A stretch of DNA of 64,000 nucleotides, taken from Planctomycetota bacterium (lineage in GTDB: Bacteria; Planctomycetota; UBA1135; UBA2386). Both the position numbers and the translations under genes were made by a program. This document shows, one piece after another, positions 8,995-17,826 of this stretch. The DNA is taken from positions 3,104,001 to 3,168,000 of the forward strand of contig OZ245006.1 of NCBI GenBank assembly GCA_965223545.1, read 5' to 3'. The notes beneath the pieces are model-generated. The model made no database searches. It was not told where the DNA came from and saw nothing but the letters and a program-made list of their open reading frames with translations. Within the stretch, counting starts at the first letter, position 1. Each line of letters begins with the position of its first letter.

Positions 8995-11001
8995 TCAGGA
9001 GTCCGCCGCGTACCCGAGGCAGACCAGCTCGCCCGCGCTGCTGCGGCAGTACACCCGCCCACCGGCGACGACCGGACTGGCCCAGCAGGCCCCTCCGGAC
9101 AGTGCATCGACCGCCCACCGCTCCGAGAAGCCCGCGGGCGTCGCGCCCGCCGCGACCAGACGGCCACGCGCGCTGATGATCACCAACTGATCGCCCGCCA
9201 GCGTCAATGCCCCCATGCCCAAACCGCGCTTGCGCCAGCGCTCCGCACCGGCGAGATCGACACACTTCAAGGTGCCCTCGTCGAATCCGTACAGATGACC
9301 GTCGAAGTGCACCGCTCCCGACAGCTTGGTGCGCAGTACGCGATTCTGCCACAGCGGAATCAAGCCGTCGTCGCCAATCCGCAGCAGTGCGCAGCCGTGA
9401 TTGTAGCCGGACGAGATGAAGATCCGGTCGTCGACGACCACAGGGGTCGACGCGTTGACGGTTTCCGGCCCCTTGCGCCAAGCGTGGAAGCCCACGGCGC
9501 TGCCGTCGGCGCGATCGAGCACGAACAGCCCCCGTTTGGCGAACGCCGCCAGGAGTCGGCGACCACGCCACGCGAACGGCGCCGGCGTCGAGTACATCGC
9601 AGCCAAGTCCGGCGACCGCCAGCGGAGATCGCCGGTCTCGGCATCCAGGGCCAACATGTCGGCGACTCCGTAGAAGATCGTGTCACCGACGACGATCGCC
9701 GAACCACCGAAGCCGTAGTCCGTTCCGGTCAACCCCAGCTCGCGCGCCAACGCGCGATGCCAGAGGAGGGCGCCGTCGGCGGCTGACAAGCAACGCAACT
9801 CGCCTTCCCGATGCGCCAGGTAGACGCGCCCGTCGTGCACGGCGGGGGTCGCCAAGGTGCCACCACTGTGACCGAGAGCCCGCAGTTGCGCGGGGTAGCG
9901 CACATCCCATTCGACCTCACCCGAGGCGGCGTCGATCCGCCACACGACATCCACTCCACCTTCCTCGTCGTGTCCGGCGGTGAACACGCTGCCGTCGACC
10001 ACCGCGACACTCGAGTGTCCGAGGCCCACCGCGGCACGCCACAGTACCGCCGGTGGCCCGTCCCCCCGCCAGCCGGGGTCCGCGCCGACGTTGTCCACTC
10101 TCGGCCCGCGCCACTGCGGCCAGTCCGCCACCGGGCTCGCCTTGCCCTCGCCAGCCGGACGGGGCGCGCCCTCGCGCGGCGGGCGGTCGGGGTCCTTCGA
10201 CGGAAGCGCGGCCGGCAGCGACGGCCGCGACAACACCTCCGGCATGGGTTCCGGTGGCCAGGGAATCTGCAGCCGTGCGGCGACGGCGGCGGCCTCCTCG
10301 CTCTTCTCGAGCGCGGCCAACAGTGCCGGCACCAGCTCCAGAGCAGCCAAGCCATCCAGCGCGGTGAACACCCGGCCGGAGCGGATTGCCGGTCGATTCC
10401 CGACCACGGTGAGCGCTGGGTACTCCGCCTGCAACCGCGCAACCATCGGCGAAGGCACCGTGATGCGCGCCTCACCGAGGACGCCCGCAGTCGCCAAGAG
10501 CCAGCTACCGGCCCCGACACCGACCACCGCGCGGGCGCGCGCAGAGATGTTCCGCACCGCGGCCAGCACCATGTCGTCGCCGGCGGTGCTGCGCACGTTG
10601 CCCCCAGGCACCACGAAGACATCGATCGGCGGCAGCTCGGCGAACGAGTACTCGGCGACCGCGGTCACGACGCCCTGCACCCGCACGGGGTCCAGGGTGT
10701 CGGCGATGGTGAAGACCCGGACGGCGCGCGAGTCCTGCAGCAGACCGGTCGCGGCGGCCAGCTCGAACAGGTCCACGCCGGGATACAGCAGCACGCCAAC
10801 CTGCGGGACGGTCTCGATCGGCACCAGCTGCATTCCACACTGGCCGCAAGCACCGGCTTCTGGATGGCGATCGCGGTGGCAATCGACACTGCACGGCGGG
10901 CAGACCCAGCTGCCGGCCGAGGAAGGCTGCGCCGCCGCCAGCGGCAAGACCCCGACAACGAGGGCGAGGAGGAGGGTTGAGCTGCGAACGAGCACCGACA
11001 T
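8995..11001 (-). CDS. Secreted fusion: heavy-metal-binding-like Cys domain + DJ-1/PfpI-like domain + PQQ-like (BamB-type) beta-propeller
   Basis: Signal peptide; WVCPPC..C..CGQCGMQLVP; VGVLLYPGVDLFE..IDVFVVPGG; DWPQWRGP followed by propeller repeats ending CWASPVVAGGRVYCR. Confidence 0.8.
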   Translation of the reverse strand: MSVLVRSSTLLLALVVGVLPLAAAQPSSAGSWVCPPCSVDCHRDRHPEAGACGQCGMQLVPIETVPQVGVLLYPGVDLFELAAATGLLQDSRAVRVFTIADTLDPVRVQGVVTAVAEYSFAELPPIDVFVVPGGNVRSTAGDDMVLAAVRNISARARAVVGVGAGSWLLATAGVLGEARITVPSPMVARLQAEYPALTVVGNRPAIRSGRVFTALDGLAALELVPALLAALEKSEEAAAVAARLQIPWPPEPMPEVLSRPSLPAALPSKDPDRPPREGAPRPAGEGKASPVADWPQWRGPRVDNVGADPGWRGDGPPAVLWRAAVGLGHSSVAVVDGSVFTAGHDEEGGVDVVWRIDAASGEVEWDVRYPAQLRALGHSGGTLATPAVHDGRVYLAHREGELRCLSAADGALLWHRALARELGLTGTDYGFGGSAIVVGDTIFYGVADMLALDAETGDLRWRSPDLAAMYSTPAPFAWRGRRLLAAFAKRGLFVLDRADGSAVGFHAWRKGPETVNASTPVVVDDRIFISSGYNHGCALLRIGDDGLIPLWQNRVLRTKLSGAVHFDGHLYGFDEGTLKCVDLAGAERWRKRGLGMGALTLAGDQLVIISARGRLVAAGATPAGFSERWAVDALSGGACWASPVVAGGRVYCRSSAGELVCLGYAADS

Positions 11002-11095
11002 GCGAGAATCCTCAGCGACACGGGAGCGAGGGGCGACCCGGTGCTCCGCGCCGCCAGGCGACATCTGCCGCCAAATCAAGGCCAGTCGCGCGGCT

Positions 11096-12367
11096 ATGAT
11101 GCTCGGCGCCATGCCGTGCCGCGCTGCCACGCTCGTCGCCGTCACCGCGTTCGTCGCGATCGGCGGGCCCGGTCTCTGCCAGGACCCCGCCGTCGACCAT
11201 CCCCACCAGCGACCGCCGGCCGACATCCCCGACGCCGAGCTCCTGCGGCGCGGCCTCGATCTGCTCGAGGCGGGGTGGTCGTGGGAGGCCGGCCGGTGGT
11301 TTCGCGAGCTCGTCGAGCGCGGCGACGAGCCCACCGGCTACCTCGGGTTGGCACTGGCGACGCGCGCTGCGCCGCGCCGGGCGGCGGAGTTGATGGCCAA
11401 GGCGACCGCCGCGCGGAAGAGCGCCGGACCGCTTGCGCGGCGGGTGATCGACGCCTACAGCGATTGCTTTCGGGCGGCGACGCGCCCGTCCGCGGCGGAC
11501 GAGACCTTCGACGCACCGCCGGACCCCGAGCGGCGCGCCGCCCTGCGCGCCGCGCTGGCAACGCTCGTGGAACAACACCCGGCCGCCGTCATTCCGCGGC
11601 AGCTGCTGGCGATCGAGCAGGACACGCCACCGCCCCCGACCGAAGCGGAGCAGGCCGGCACGTGTCTCCGACTCGCCCATCAGTTCCTGCGCGAAACCGG
11701 CGCGATGCCTTTCCTGATTCCCGGTCACGCCAGCCTGCTGTCGGCGGCGGGCGCCGGCGGCAACACCGCGCTGGCACGTCTCCCGCGCCACCCGCACCAC
11801 TCCGCCGCCGCAGCCGTCGACGCCACGCGGCTCGCCGCCGGCCTCCGCTCGCTGCTCCGTGATCCGAGCGGTGGCGATCGCGAGACCCCCCTGCTCTGGC
11901 AGCCGCGCCGCGCACCGGGCTTCGATCTCGAGCGCGGGCTCGGTGGGCGCGGCACTTCGGCGTCCCTCCGCGGCAAGCCCGCCCTGGTCGTGTTCTTCTT
12001 GGGGTTTGGTTGAGTGCATTGTGTCGCCCAGCTCGGTGAGCTGGACCCCATGGCCCCGGCGTTCGCCCGCGCCGGCATCGAGGTCGTCAGCATCGGCACC
12101 GACGATCGCGACCAGGTGCGTGCCGCCCACCAAGCCGCGCTGGAGAACGGCGTGGACCCCCTGCACTTCGACGTCTTGTGCGACCCCGACGGCGCCGAGT
12201 TCCGGCGTTGGGGCGCTTGGGACGAATTCGCCGACGAAGCGCTGCACGGCACGTTCTTGGTCGACGCGGAAGACCGCATCCTGTGGGCCGACATCAGCCG
12301 ACAGCCGTTCTTGCAGACCGAGTTCTTGCTGGCCGAGTGCCAGCGGTTGCTCGCCGCGTGGCGCTGA
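11096..12367 (+). CDS. Putative selenoprotein: secreted TPR-like + AhpC/TSA redoxin domain with UxxC motif (UGA at 12011-12013 recoded)
   Basis: The track ORFs ending at 12013 and starting at 12014 are in the same frame. APGFDL..LRGKPALVVFFLGFG-TGA-VHC-VAQL..VVSIGTD..LHGTFLVD forms one continuous thioredoxin-fold domain. A SECIS-like hairpin follows. Alternative starts at 11099 or 11111. Confidence 0.82.
12023..12046 (+). promoter_or_regulatory. Candidate bacterial SECIS element
   Basis: Perfect 7-bp stem CCAGCTC (12028-12034) / GAGCTGG (12038-12044) with a GGT loop that begins after a 21-nt spacer from the UGA; possible bulged GT/AC extension. Confidence 0.7.
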
Positions 12368-12380
12368 ACCCGCGGGCCGA

Positions 12381-13187
12381 TCAGCCGCGCCGCGAAGCCC
12401 GCTGCAAAGTGTAGACGTGGCAGTCGTAGCACAGTGCGACGCGGCCCTCGGCATCTGCGTGCGCGGTGTGCAGCACGACGAGCCTGCGCAGCAAGTCGTC
12501 CCGCCGTGGACCGGCTTCGGGAACCGTGGACACGCTGGTGGTGCGACCCAACAGCGCGTCGACGTCCAGCAGCTGCTGGTTGGGGAACGCCGCGTGCCGC
12601 AAGCCAAAGAACCTGCCGGTCGCGTCGATCACGGCCGGATCGAACCTGTTGCGCTCCACCGGTGGCTCGGCGTCGAACTCCTCCATCAGCGCCCGGTAGG
12701 CGTCGGTGAAGGCGTGGCCGGCCACGCGCTTGTTCCAAACCAGCATCAACCGGCCGGCCGGAGCCAAGATGCGCGCGAACTCGGCGGTCGCCGCTTCGAC
12801 GTCGAACCAGTGGAACGCCTGCGCGACGCAGACCAGACCGACGCTGCCCGCGGCCAGCCCCGTGGCGGCGGCTTCTCCCGCGAGCCACGTCACGTTGGGC
12901 GCGGCGACCGCCTGCGCGCGCATCGCGGCGTTGGGCTCGACCGCGAACACCTGCAGCCCACGCGCCGCCAGCCAGCGCGCCGAGATCCCGGTCCCCGCGC
13001 CGATGTCGGCCGCGATGGTGGCCACCGGTCCCGCGGCGGACGACAGCGCGAAGTCGAGCGCCGCGTCCGGATAGCCCGGGCGGTGCCGGGCGTAGTCGGC
13101 GGCGCGCACACTGAAGCGCGCGCGCGGGTCGGGCTCCGATGCTCCCGGCTCCGATGCCCGCGGCTCGGGATCACGCTTGGGAGTCAC
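12381..13187 (-). CDS. Class I SAM-dependent methyltransferase
   Basis: YARHRPGYP, ADIGAGTGIS, VEPNAAM and AQAFHWF motifs. GTG start overlaps the upstream stop (GTGA). Confidence 0.9.
   Translation of the reverse strand: MTPKRDPEPRASEPGASEPDPRARFSVRAADYARHRPGYPDAALDFALSSAAGPVATIAADIGAGTGISARWLAARGLQVFAVEPNAAMRAQAVAAPNVTWLAGEAAATGLAAGSVGLVCVAQAFHWFDVEAATAEFARILAPAGRLMLVWNKRVAGHAFTDAYRALMEEFDAEPPVERNRFDPAVIDATGRFFGLRHAAFPNQQLLDVDALLGRTTSVSTVPEAGPRRDDLLRRLVVLHTAHADAEGRVALCYDCHVYTLQRASRRG
13132..13166. repeat. Short imperfect 15-bp in-frame tandem repeat (encodes EPRAS-EPGAS-EP)
   Basis: GGCTCCGATGCTCCC GGCTCCGATGCCCGC GGCTC. Confidence 0.55.
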
Positions 13188-14278
13188 GGACGCGGCATGA
13201 GGGCGATGCCGCCCGCTTGCAGCCCGACGTCGACGGTCGCGACCACGGCCAGCGCTTCCAGGTCGACGACGTCGACGGCACCGGGCTCGGCGCCGACGCC
13301 CTCGGAAGTGACGAAGGCGTAGCGGCCGTCGGCAGTGATCGCGACACCATGTGTCACCCCGCGCGCCGACGGTAGCCGGGCGACTTCGACGCCATCCTCG
13401 AGATCCCAGATCCCGATCGCGCCGGCGGTCTTGTAGGTCACCACCATCCGAGATCCGTCGGGGGTGACCTCGAGATTGTAGGGGCCGGCCGCGGTCTCGA
13501 AGCGGCGGACGACGACCCAGCGCTGCAGATCGACCTCGACCACCGTGGCCGCCCCGTTGAGCGCGCAATAGACCACGCGCCGCTGCGGGTGGGCGTGCAC
13601 CCAAGTCGGCTTGGCCGCCGATGCGTGGCCCTCGGGCGGCTCGACGTCGAGCTGCAGGTCGCGCACGACCTCGAAGCTGACCGCGTCGATCTCGAACAGA
13701 TGGCCGGACATCATCGCGCACGAGTAGTGGAACCGGCCGTCGGGCGACAGGCGCGAGCCGTGTGGCATCGGGCCCGTCTGCGTGCGCGCCACCTCGACCA
13801 TCTCCTCGGGATCGACGATCGAGACCGTGCTGGGCAGCATCCGGCCGTGCAGGTTGAAGTTGACGCAGTACAGCAGGCCGGTCGCCGGCGAGATCTGCAT
13901 CGTGGCCGGGAACATGCCCAGCTCGCATTCACCCACCAGCGCGTCGTCCTCGACCCGGTACTTGTAGAGCAGGCCGAACGGCTTGCCGTGCGCGATCGAC
14001 AAGAACCAGTGCCGGCCGTCGGCAGCGACCGTCAGGCCGTGTGGCCCCTCGATCTCCGTCGGCTGGTAGCCGACTTGAATGACGCGCTCGACGCGGAGCG
14101 ATTCTCCGTCGAACGCGACGCGGTGCACCTCGTCCGCCGACTCGCACGCGACGTAGGCGCGATACGGAGGCGTGGCGTCGACGGCGGCCGGGGCGACATC
14201 CTGTGCCCGCAGCCCCGCCGATGACAAGGCGACCGCGGCCAGAGCCAGCGCGCCGCGATGGAACGACCGCGCCTGCAT
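13184..14278 (-). CDS. YncE/YVTN-family secreted beta-propeller
   Basis: Signal peptide; blades GPHGLTV, MPHGSRLSPDG, GPYNLEVTPDG and THGVAITADGRYAFV. ATG overlaps the upstream stop (TGATG). Confidence 0.85.
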   Translation of the reverse strand: MQARSFHRGALALAAVALSSAGLRAQDVAPAAVDATPPYRAYVACESADEVHRVAFDGESLRVERVIQVGYQPTEIEGPHGLTVAADGRHWFLSIAHGKPFGLLYKYRVEDDALVGECELGMFPATMQISPATGLLYCVNFNLHGRMLPSTVSIVDPEEMVEVARTQTGPMPHGSRLSPDGRFHYSCAMMSGHLFEIDAVSFEVVRDLQLDVEPPEGHASAAKPTWVHAHPQRRVVYCALNGAATVVEVDLQRWVVVRRFETAAGPYNLEVTPDGSRMVVTYKTAGAIGIWDLEDGVEVARLPSARGVTHGVAITADGRYAFVTSEGVGAEPGAVDVVDLEALAVVATVDVGLQAGGIALMPRP

Positions 14279-16275
14279 CACCCGCGCCGCCTGCCGGTGT
14301 CCTCCACCAGCTTGACCGCCCATAGGCCGCTGTTCCAATCGGAGAAGAAGATGTGGCCCTTGTGCGGCTGCGGCCCCCACACCATCGGGGCGTTGGGGAC
14401 CACGCCTTTGGGGTGCGTCGGCAGGAACCACGCGATCTCGCGCCCCTGCCGGTAGAGGTCGCCCATCAGCTCGCCGGAGACGTCGACGACGCGCAGGCCG
14501 CCGTTGTAGTAGGCCACGTACATCGTGTTGCCCTCGATCCACAGGTTGTGCGTCCCGGCCTCCGGCACCTCGTAGCGCGCCACCTCGGCCGGCGCGTCCA
14601 CGTCGGTGAAGTCGATGAAGTGGATCCAACCCCGCGCGTAGGTGGGGTCGTTCTTGACGCTGAGCCCGAACGGAAACGCCTCGTCACCGGCGACGACGTA
14701 GAACTTCTGCGTGTCCGGGCTGCGCCACGGAAACGCGGCGTGGTTCCAGCCGGTGGGATACATGTAGCTGCCGAACTCGACCGGCGCCGATGGCGAGCCC
14801 CCGGCGACGCCGTTGCCGACGTCGACCATCCGCACGCCGTAGCTCCAGTTCGAGGAGAACGCGATGCCGTCCTCGATCCACACGTCGTGGATCGAAGCCC
14901 CGGGCTCGAACAGCTGGAAGGAGCCGACGCGCGCCGGCGCGCGGGGCTCGTTGATGTCCAGCACGTCGTAGCGGCGGCCGGCGCTGAGCGCGTAGACGTG
15001 GCCCTTGTCGATGAACAAATTGTGCACGCCACCGGTCAGCTCTTCGGTGAACTCCGAGATGACCGCGGGCTTGCGCGGGTCGGCGACATCGATCAGCACG
15101 ATGCCGTTCTTGCGGTTGGAGGCCCCCTCGCGGCTGATCACACACAGCCTGCCGTCCTCGCTCACCTTGACGTCGTTGACGGTGCGCGCGTCGACAGTGA
15201 CCGTCGAGATGCGCTCGATCCGCGCCGGGTCGGTCACGTCCCAGAAGATGGCGTCGCCGTTGGCGCCCCAAGTACCGGTGACCGCGTAATCCCGGCCATC
15301 GACTCCCTCCCAGACCCAAAGGTCCGAGGTGTGCACGTCGAGCACGGGGCCGTGGCCGACCTTGATCAGCTTCTGCTTGGTCTCGAACCGCGGTTTGCAC
15401 CGCACCACCTGGCGCGCGACCACATCCCCACAGCTGGCGAGGATCGTGTACAGCCCGGGCTGCTCGGCGACGAACCGCCCATCCGGCTCGATCTGGCCGG
15501 TGGCCGCGTTGCCGAGCGTGTCGTCGGGCGCGGCGCGGAAGGTCCATTCGACCGGCACACCGGTGACCGGCAGACCAGCACCGTCGACCGCCGACGCGGC
15601 GCAGCGGAGCACGTCACCCGTGCGCGCCTCGGCGGGCAGCCCATCGATGCGCAGGCCTCGGACCGGGTTGTCCACGACCTCGATCTCGTGCTCCACCGCG
15701 AGGCCGCCGCCTTCGGCACGCAGCACCAGAGGGCCGGGCCGCAAGCCGGTGAGATGGCCGTGCGCATCGAGTCCGGCCACCGATCGGTCGGACACCGACA
15801 GCGAAACCTCGAGGTCCTCGCGATGGAAATCACCTTCGGCCAGAACCGCGCCGACGACGCGCACGCTCGTACCGGTGTACAGGCGATCACCGACGCCACT
15901 CAGCTCGATCCGCTCCGGAGTCGGCTGTGGCACGACGACCGGCACGGTCGCCTGCGGGCCACGCGCGCCCCCCACCACCGCGCGCACGACGATCTCGAAC
16001 GCGCCCGCGCGCAGGGCGTGCACCTCGCCGTCGCGAGAGACCCGCAGCGACCGGCGAGCACGCGAGAAGAAGAACACGTCGCCGTCGACCGGCCGGCCGC
16101 CGACGTCGACGAGCTCGGCGTCGAGCCGAGCCTTCTGACCGACCGGCAAGGTCAGCTGCGGCGGCGTCACGCGGACGACGAGATCCTCGACCGACACGTC
16201 GGGTCGCTCACCCTGTGCCGGAAGAGTCAGCGCCAGGGCGGCGGCGCAGCCGAGAGTAAGAACGGTGCGAGACAA
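14278..16275 (-). CDS. Ig-like domains + LVIVD-repeat beta-propeller protein
   Basis: Signal peptide; Big_2-like N-terminus; repeats IVLIDVADP, VRMVDV and LRVVDVS. TTG start lies 5 nt after GGAGG. Confidence 0.82.
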   Translation of the reverse strand: MSRTVLTLGCAAALALTLPAQGERPDVSVEDLVVRVTPPQLTLPVGQKARLDAELVDVGGRPVDGDVFFFSRARRSLRVSRDGEVHALRAGAFEIVVRAVVGGARGPQATVPVVVPQPTPERIELSGVGDRLYTGTSVRVVGAVLAEGDFHREDLEVSLSVSDRSVAGLDAHGHLTGLRPGPLVLRAEGGGLAVEHEIEVVDNPVRGLRIDGLPAEARTGDVLRCAASAVDGAGLPVTGVPVEWTFRAAPDDTLGNAATGQIEPDGRFVAEQPGLYTILASCGDVVARQVVRCKPRFETKQKLIKVGHGPVLDVHTSDLWVWEGVDGRDYAVTGTWGANGDAIFWDVTDPARIERISTVTVDARTVNDVKVSEDGRLCVISREGASNRKNGIVLIDVADPRKPAVISEFTEELTGGVHNLFIDKGHVYALSAGRRYDVLDINEPRAPARVGSFQLFEPGASIHDVWIEDGIAFSSNWSYGVRMVDVGNGVAGGSPSAPVEFGSYMYPTGWNHAAFPWRSPDTQKFYVVAGDEAFPFGLSVKNDPTYARGWIHFIDFTDVDAPAEVARYEVPEAGTHNLWIEGNTMYVAYYNGGLRVVDVSGELMGDLYRQGREIAWFLPTHPKGVVPNAPMVWGPQPHKGHIFFSDWNSGLWAVKLVEDTGRRRG

Positions 16276-16371
16276 GGCATCCTCCGAGAGTGGGGTTGTG
16301 CGCGCGAGATTCTATCGTGTCGTCGATTCGCCGGCACGCGCGCGGAATCCGCGGACCACTACAATGGGCGC

Positions 16372-17751
16372 ATGCGCCGTAGCCCCGGCTCGCCCGCCCT
16401 CTGGATCGCGCTAACCACCCTCAGCACACCGCACACAACCGAACGTACGGAGCCAGGCTCCATTTCATCACTTCCCGCCACCCCCGGCGGGAGCCGCGGC
16501 GAACCCGCACCGCCGCAAACGCCGCCCAACGTCGTCATCATTCTCACCGACGACTTGGGCTACGGCGACACCGGGGTGTACGGCCATCGTTCGATCAAGA
16601 CGCCGGCGATCGATCGGATGGCGGCGGAAGGTCTGCGCTTCACCGACTTCTACGCCGGCGCCTCGGTCTGCACTCCGTCGCGGGCCGCGCTGCTGACCGG
16701 CCGCCACCCCGTCCGCATCGGCCTCGCCGGCAACCAGCCCCGCGTTCTGACACCCAGCTCGACCGGCGGCTTGCCGGCGGTCGAGACCCTCGCGGAGAGA
16801 ATGCGACAGGCGGGCTACGTCACCGGCTGCATCGGCAAGTGGCACCTGGGCCACCTGCCACAGCATCTGCCGACCCAGCACGGCTTCGACTCCTTCTACG
16901 GGGTTCCGTACAGCAACAACATGAGCCCGCTGCCGCTGCTGCGCAACACGACGGTCGTGCAGGCGAATCCGCCGCAGTCCGCGCTCACCGGCCTGTTCAC
17001 GCAAGAGGCGATCGCCTTCGTCAACCGCCACCGCAACAGTCCGTTCTTCTTGTTGCTCTCGTACACCGCGCCGCACGAGCCACTGGTTGCCTCGGCCGCC
17101 TTCGCCGGCACGAGCCAGTACGGCCTCTACGGCGACGTCGTCGAGGAGCTGGACTCCGGTGTCGGCCAAGTGCTGGCGGCCATCTCGAGCGCAGGGCTCG
17201 ATCCGTCGACGCTGTCGTTGTTCCTCAGCGACAACGGGCCCAGCACCGGCTTGGGCGGCTCGACCGGCCCCTTCCGCGGCGCGAAGTCCCGCGTCTACGA
17301 GGGGGGAATCCGCGTGCCCTGCATCGCCCGGTGGCCCGGACGCGTCCCTGCGGGCACGGTCACCGGTCAGCTGGGCTCCGTCCTCGACCTGTTCCCGACG
17401 ATCACGTCGATCACCGGCATCGGCTACCGCCACGTCAAGCTGCTGGACGGCTACGACCTCAGTCCCGTGCTACTGGGCACCGGCGGCAGCCCGCGGCGCG
17501 ACGCGTTCTTCTACTTCGGGCGACACCTGGCCGCGCTGCGAATGGGGAAGTGGAAGGCGCACCTCACCAGCCAGCCCTACCCCCTGACCGCGGATCGGGT
17601 CGTGTTCAACCCCCCGCGCCTCTACGACCTGACGGCCGATCCGCGCGAGCGCTTCGACGTGGCCCCGCACCATCCTCAGATCGTCGCCGCGGTCCTGGCG
17701 CTGGCGGACGCGCACCGGCGCAGCGTGGTCACGGTGCCGTCGCGCTTGTAG
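16372..17751 (+). CDS. Arylsulfatase (S1 family, formylglycine-dependent)
   Basis: PNVVIILTDDLGYGD, CTPSRAALLTG, GKWHLG, SDNG and YEGGIRVP. Confidence 0.95.
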   Translation: MRRSPGSPALWIALTTLSTPHTTERTEPGSISSLPATPGGSRGEPAPPQTPPNVVIILTDDLGYGDTGVYGHRSIKTPAIDRMAAEGLRFTDFYAGASVCTPSRAALLTGRHPVRIGLAGNQPRVLTPSSTGGLPAVETLAERMRQAGYVTGCIGKWHLGHLPQHLPTQHGFDSFYGVPYSNNMSPLPLLRNTTVVQANPPQSALTGLFTQEAIAFVNRHRNSPFFLLLSYTAPHEPLVASAAFAGTSQYGLYGDVVEELDSGVGQVLAAISSAGLDPSTLSLFLSDNGPSTGLGGSTGPFRGAKSRVYEGGIRVPCIARWPGRVPAGTVTGQLGSVLDLFPTITSITGIGYRHVKLLDGYDLSPVLLGTGGSPRRDAFFYFGRHLAALRMGKWKAHLTSQPYPLTADRVVFNPPRLYDLTADPRERFDVAPHHPQIVAAVLALADAHRRSVVTVPSRL

Positions 17752-17826
17752 CGCCGGCGCGCGTTCAGCCGAGCTGCGCGGGCAGCCGATGAGCAAGGAG
17801 AGCCTCCCCGTCGGGCACTGCCGATC

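Noticed and set aside
12014..12367. Stand-alone 117-aa redoxin or nonsense pseudogene
   Set aside because: The stop sits exactly at the catalytic Cys position with a SECIS-like hairpin and both halves look intact, so recoding is more parsimonious, though not proven.
14353..16371. Apparent long N-terminal extension of the sulfatase (1132-aa ORF)
   Set aside because: It is antisense to the LVIVD gene; the real start is near 16372.
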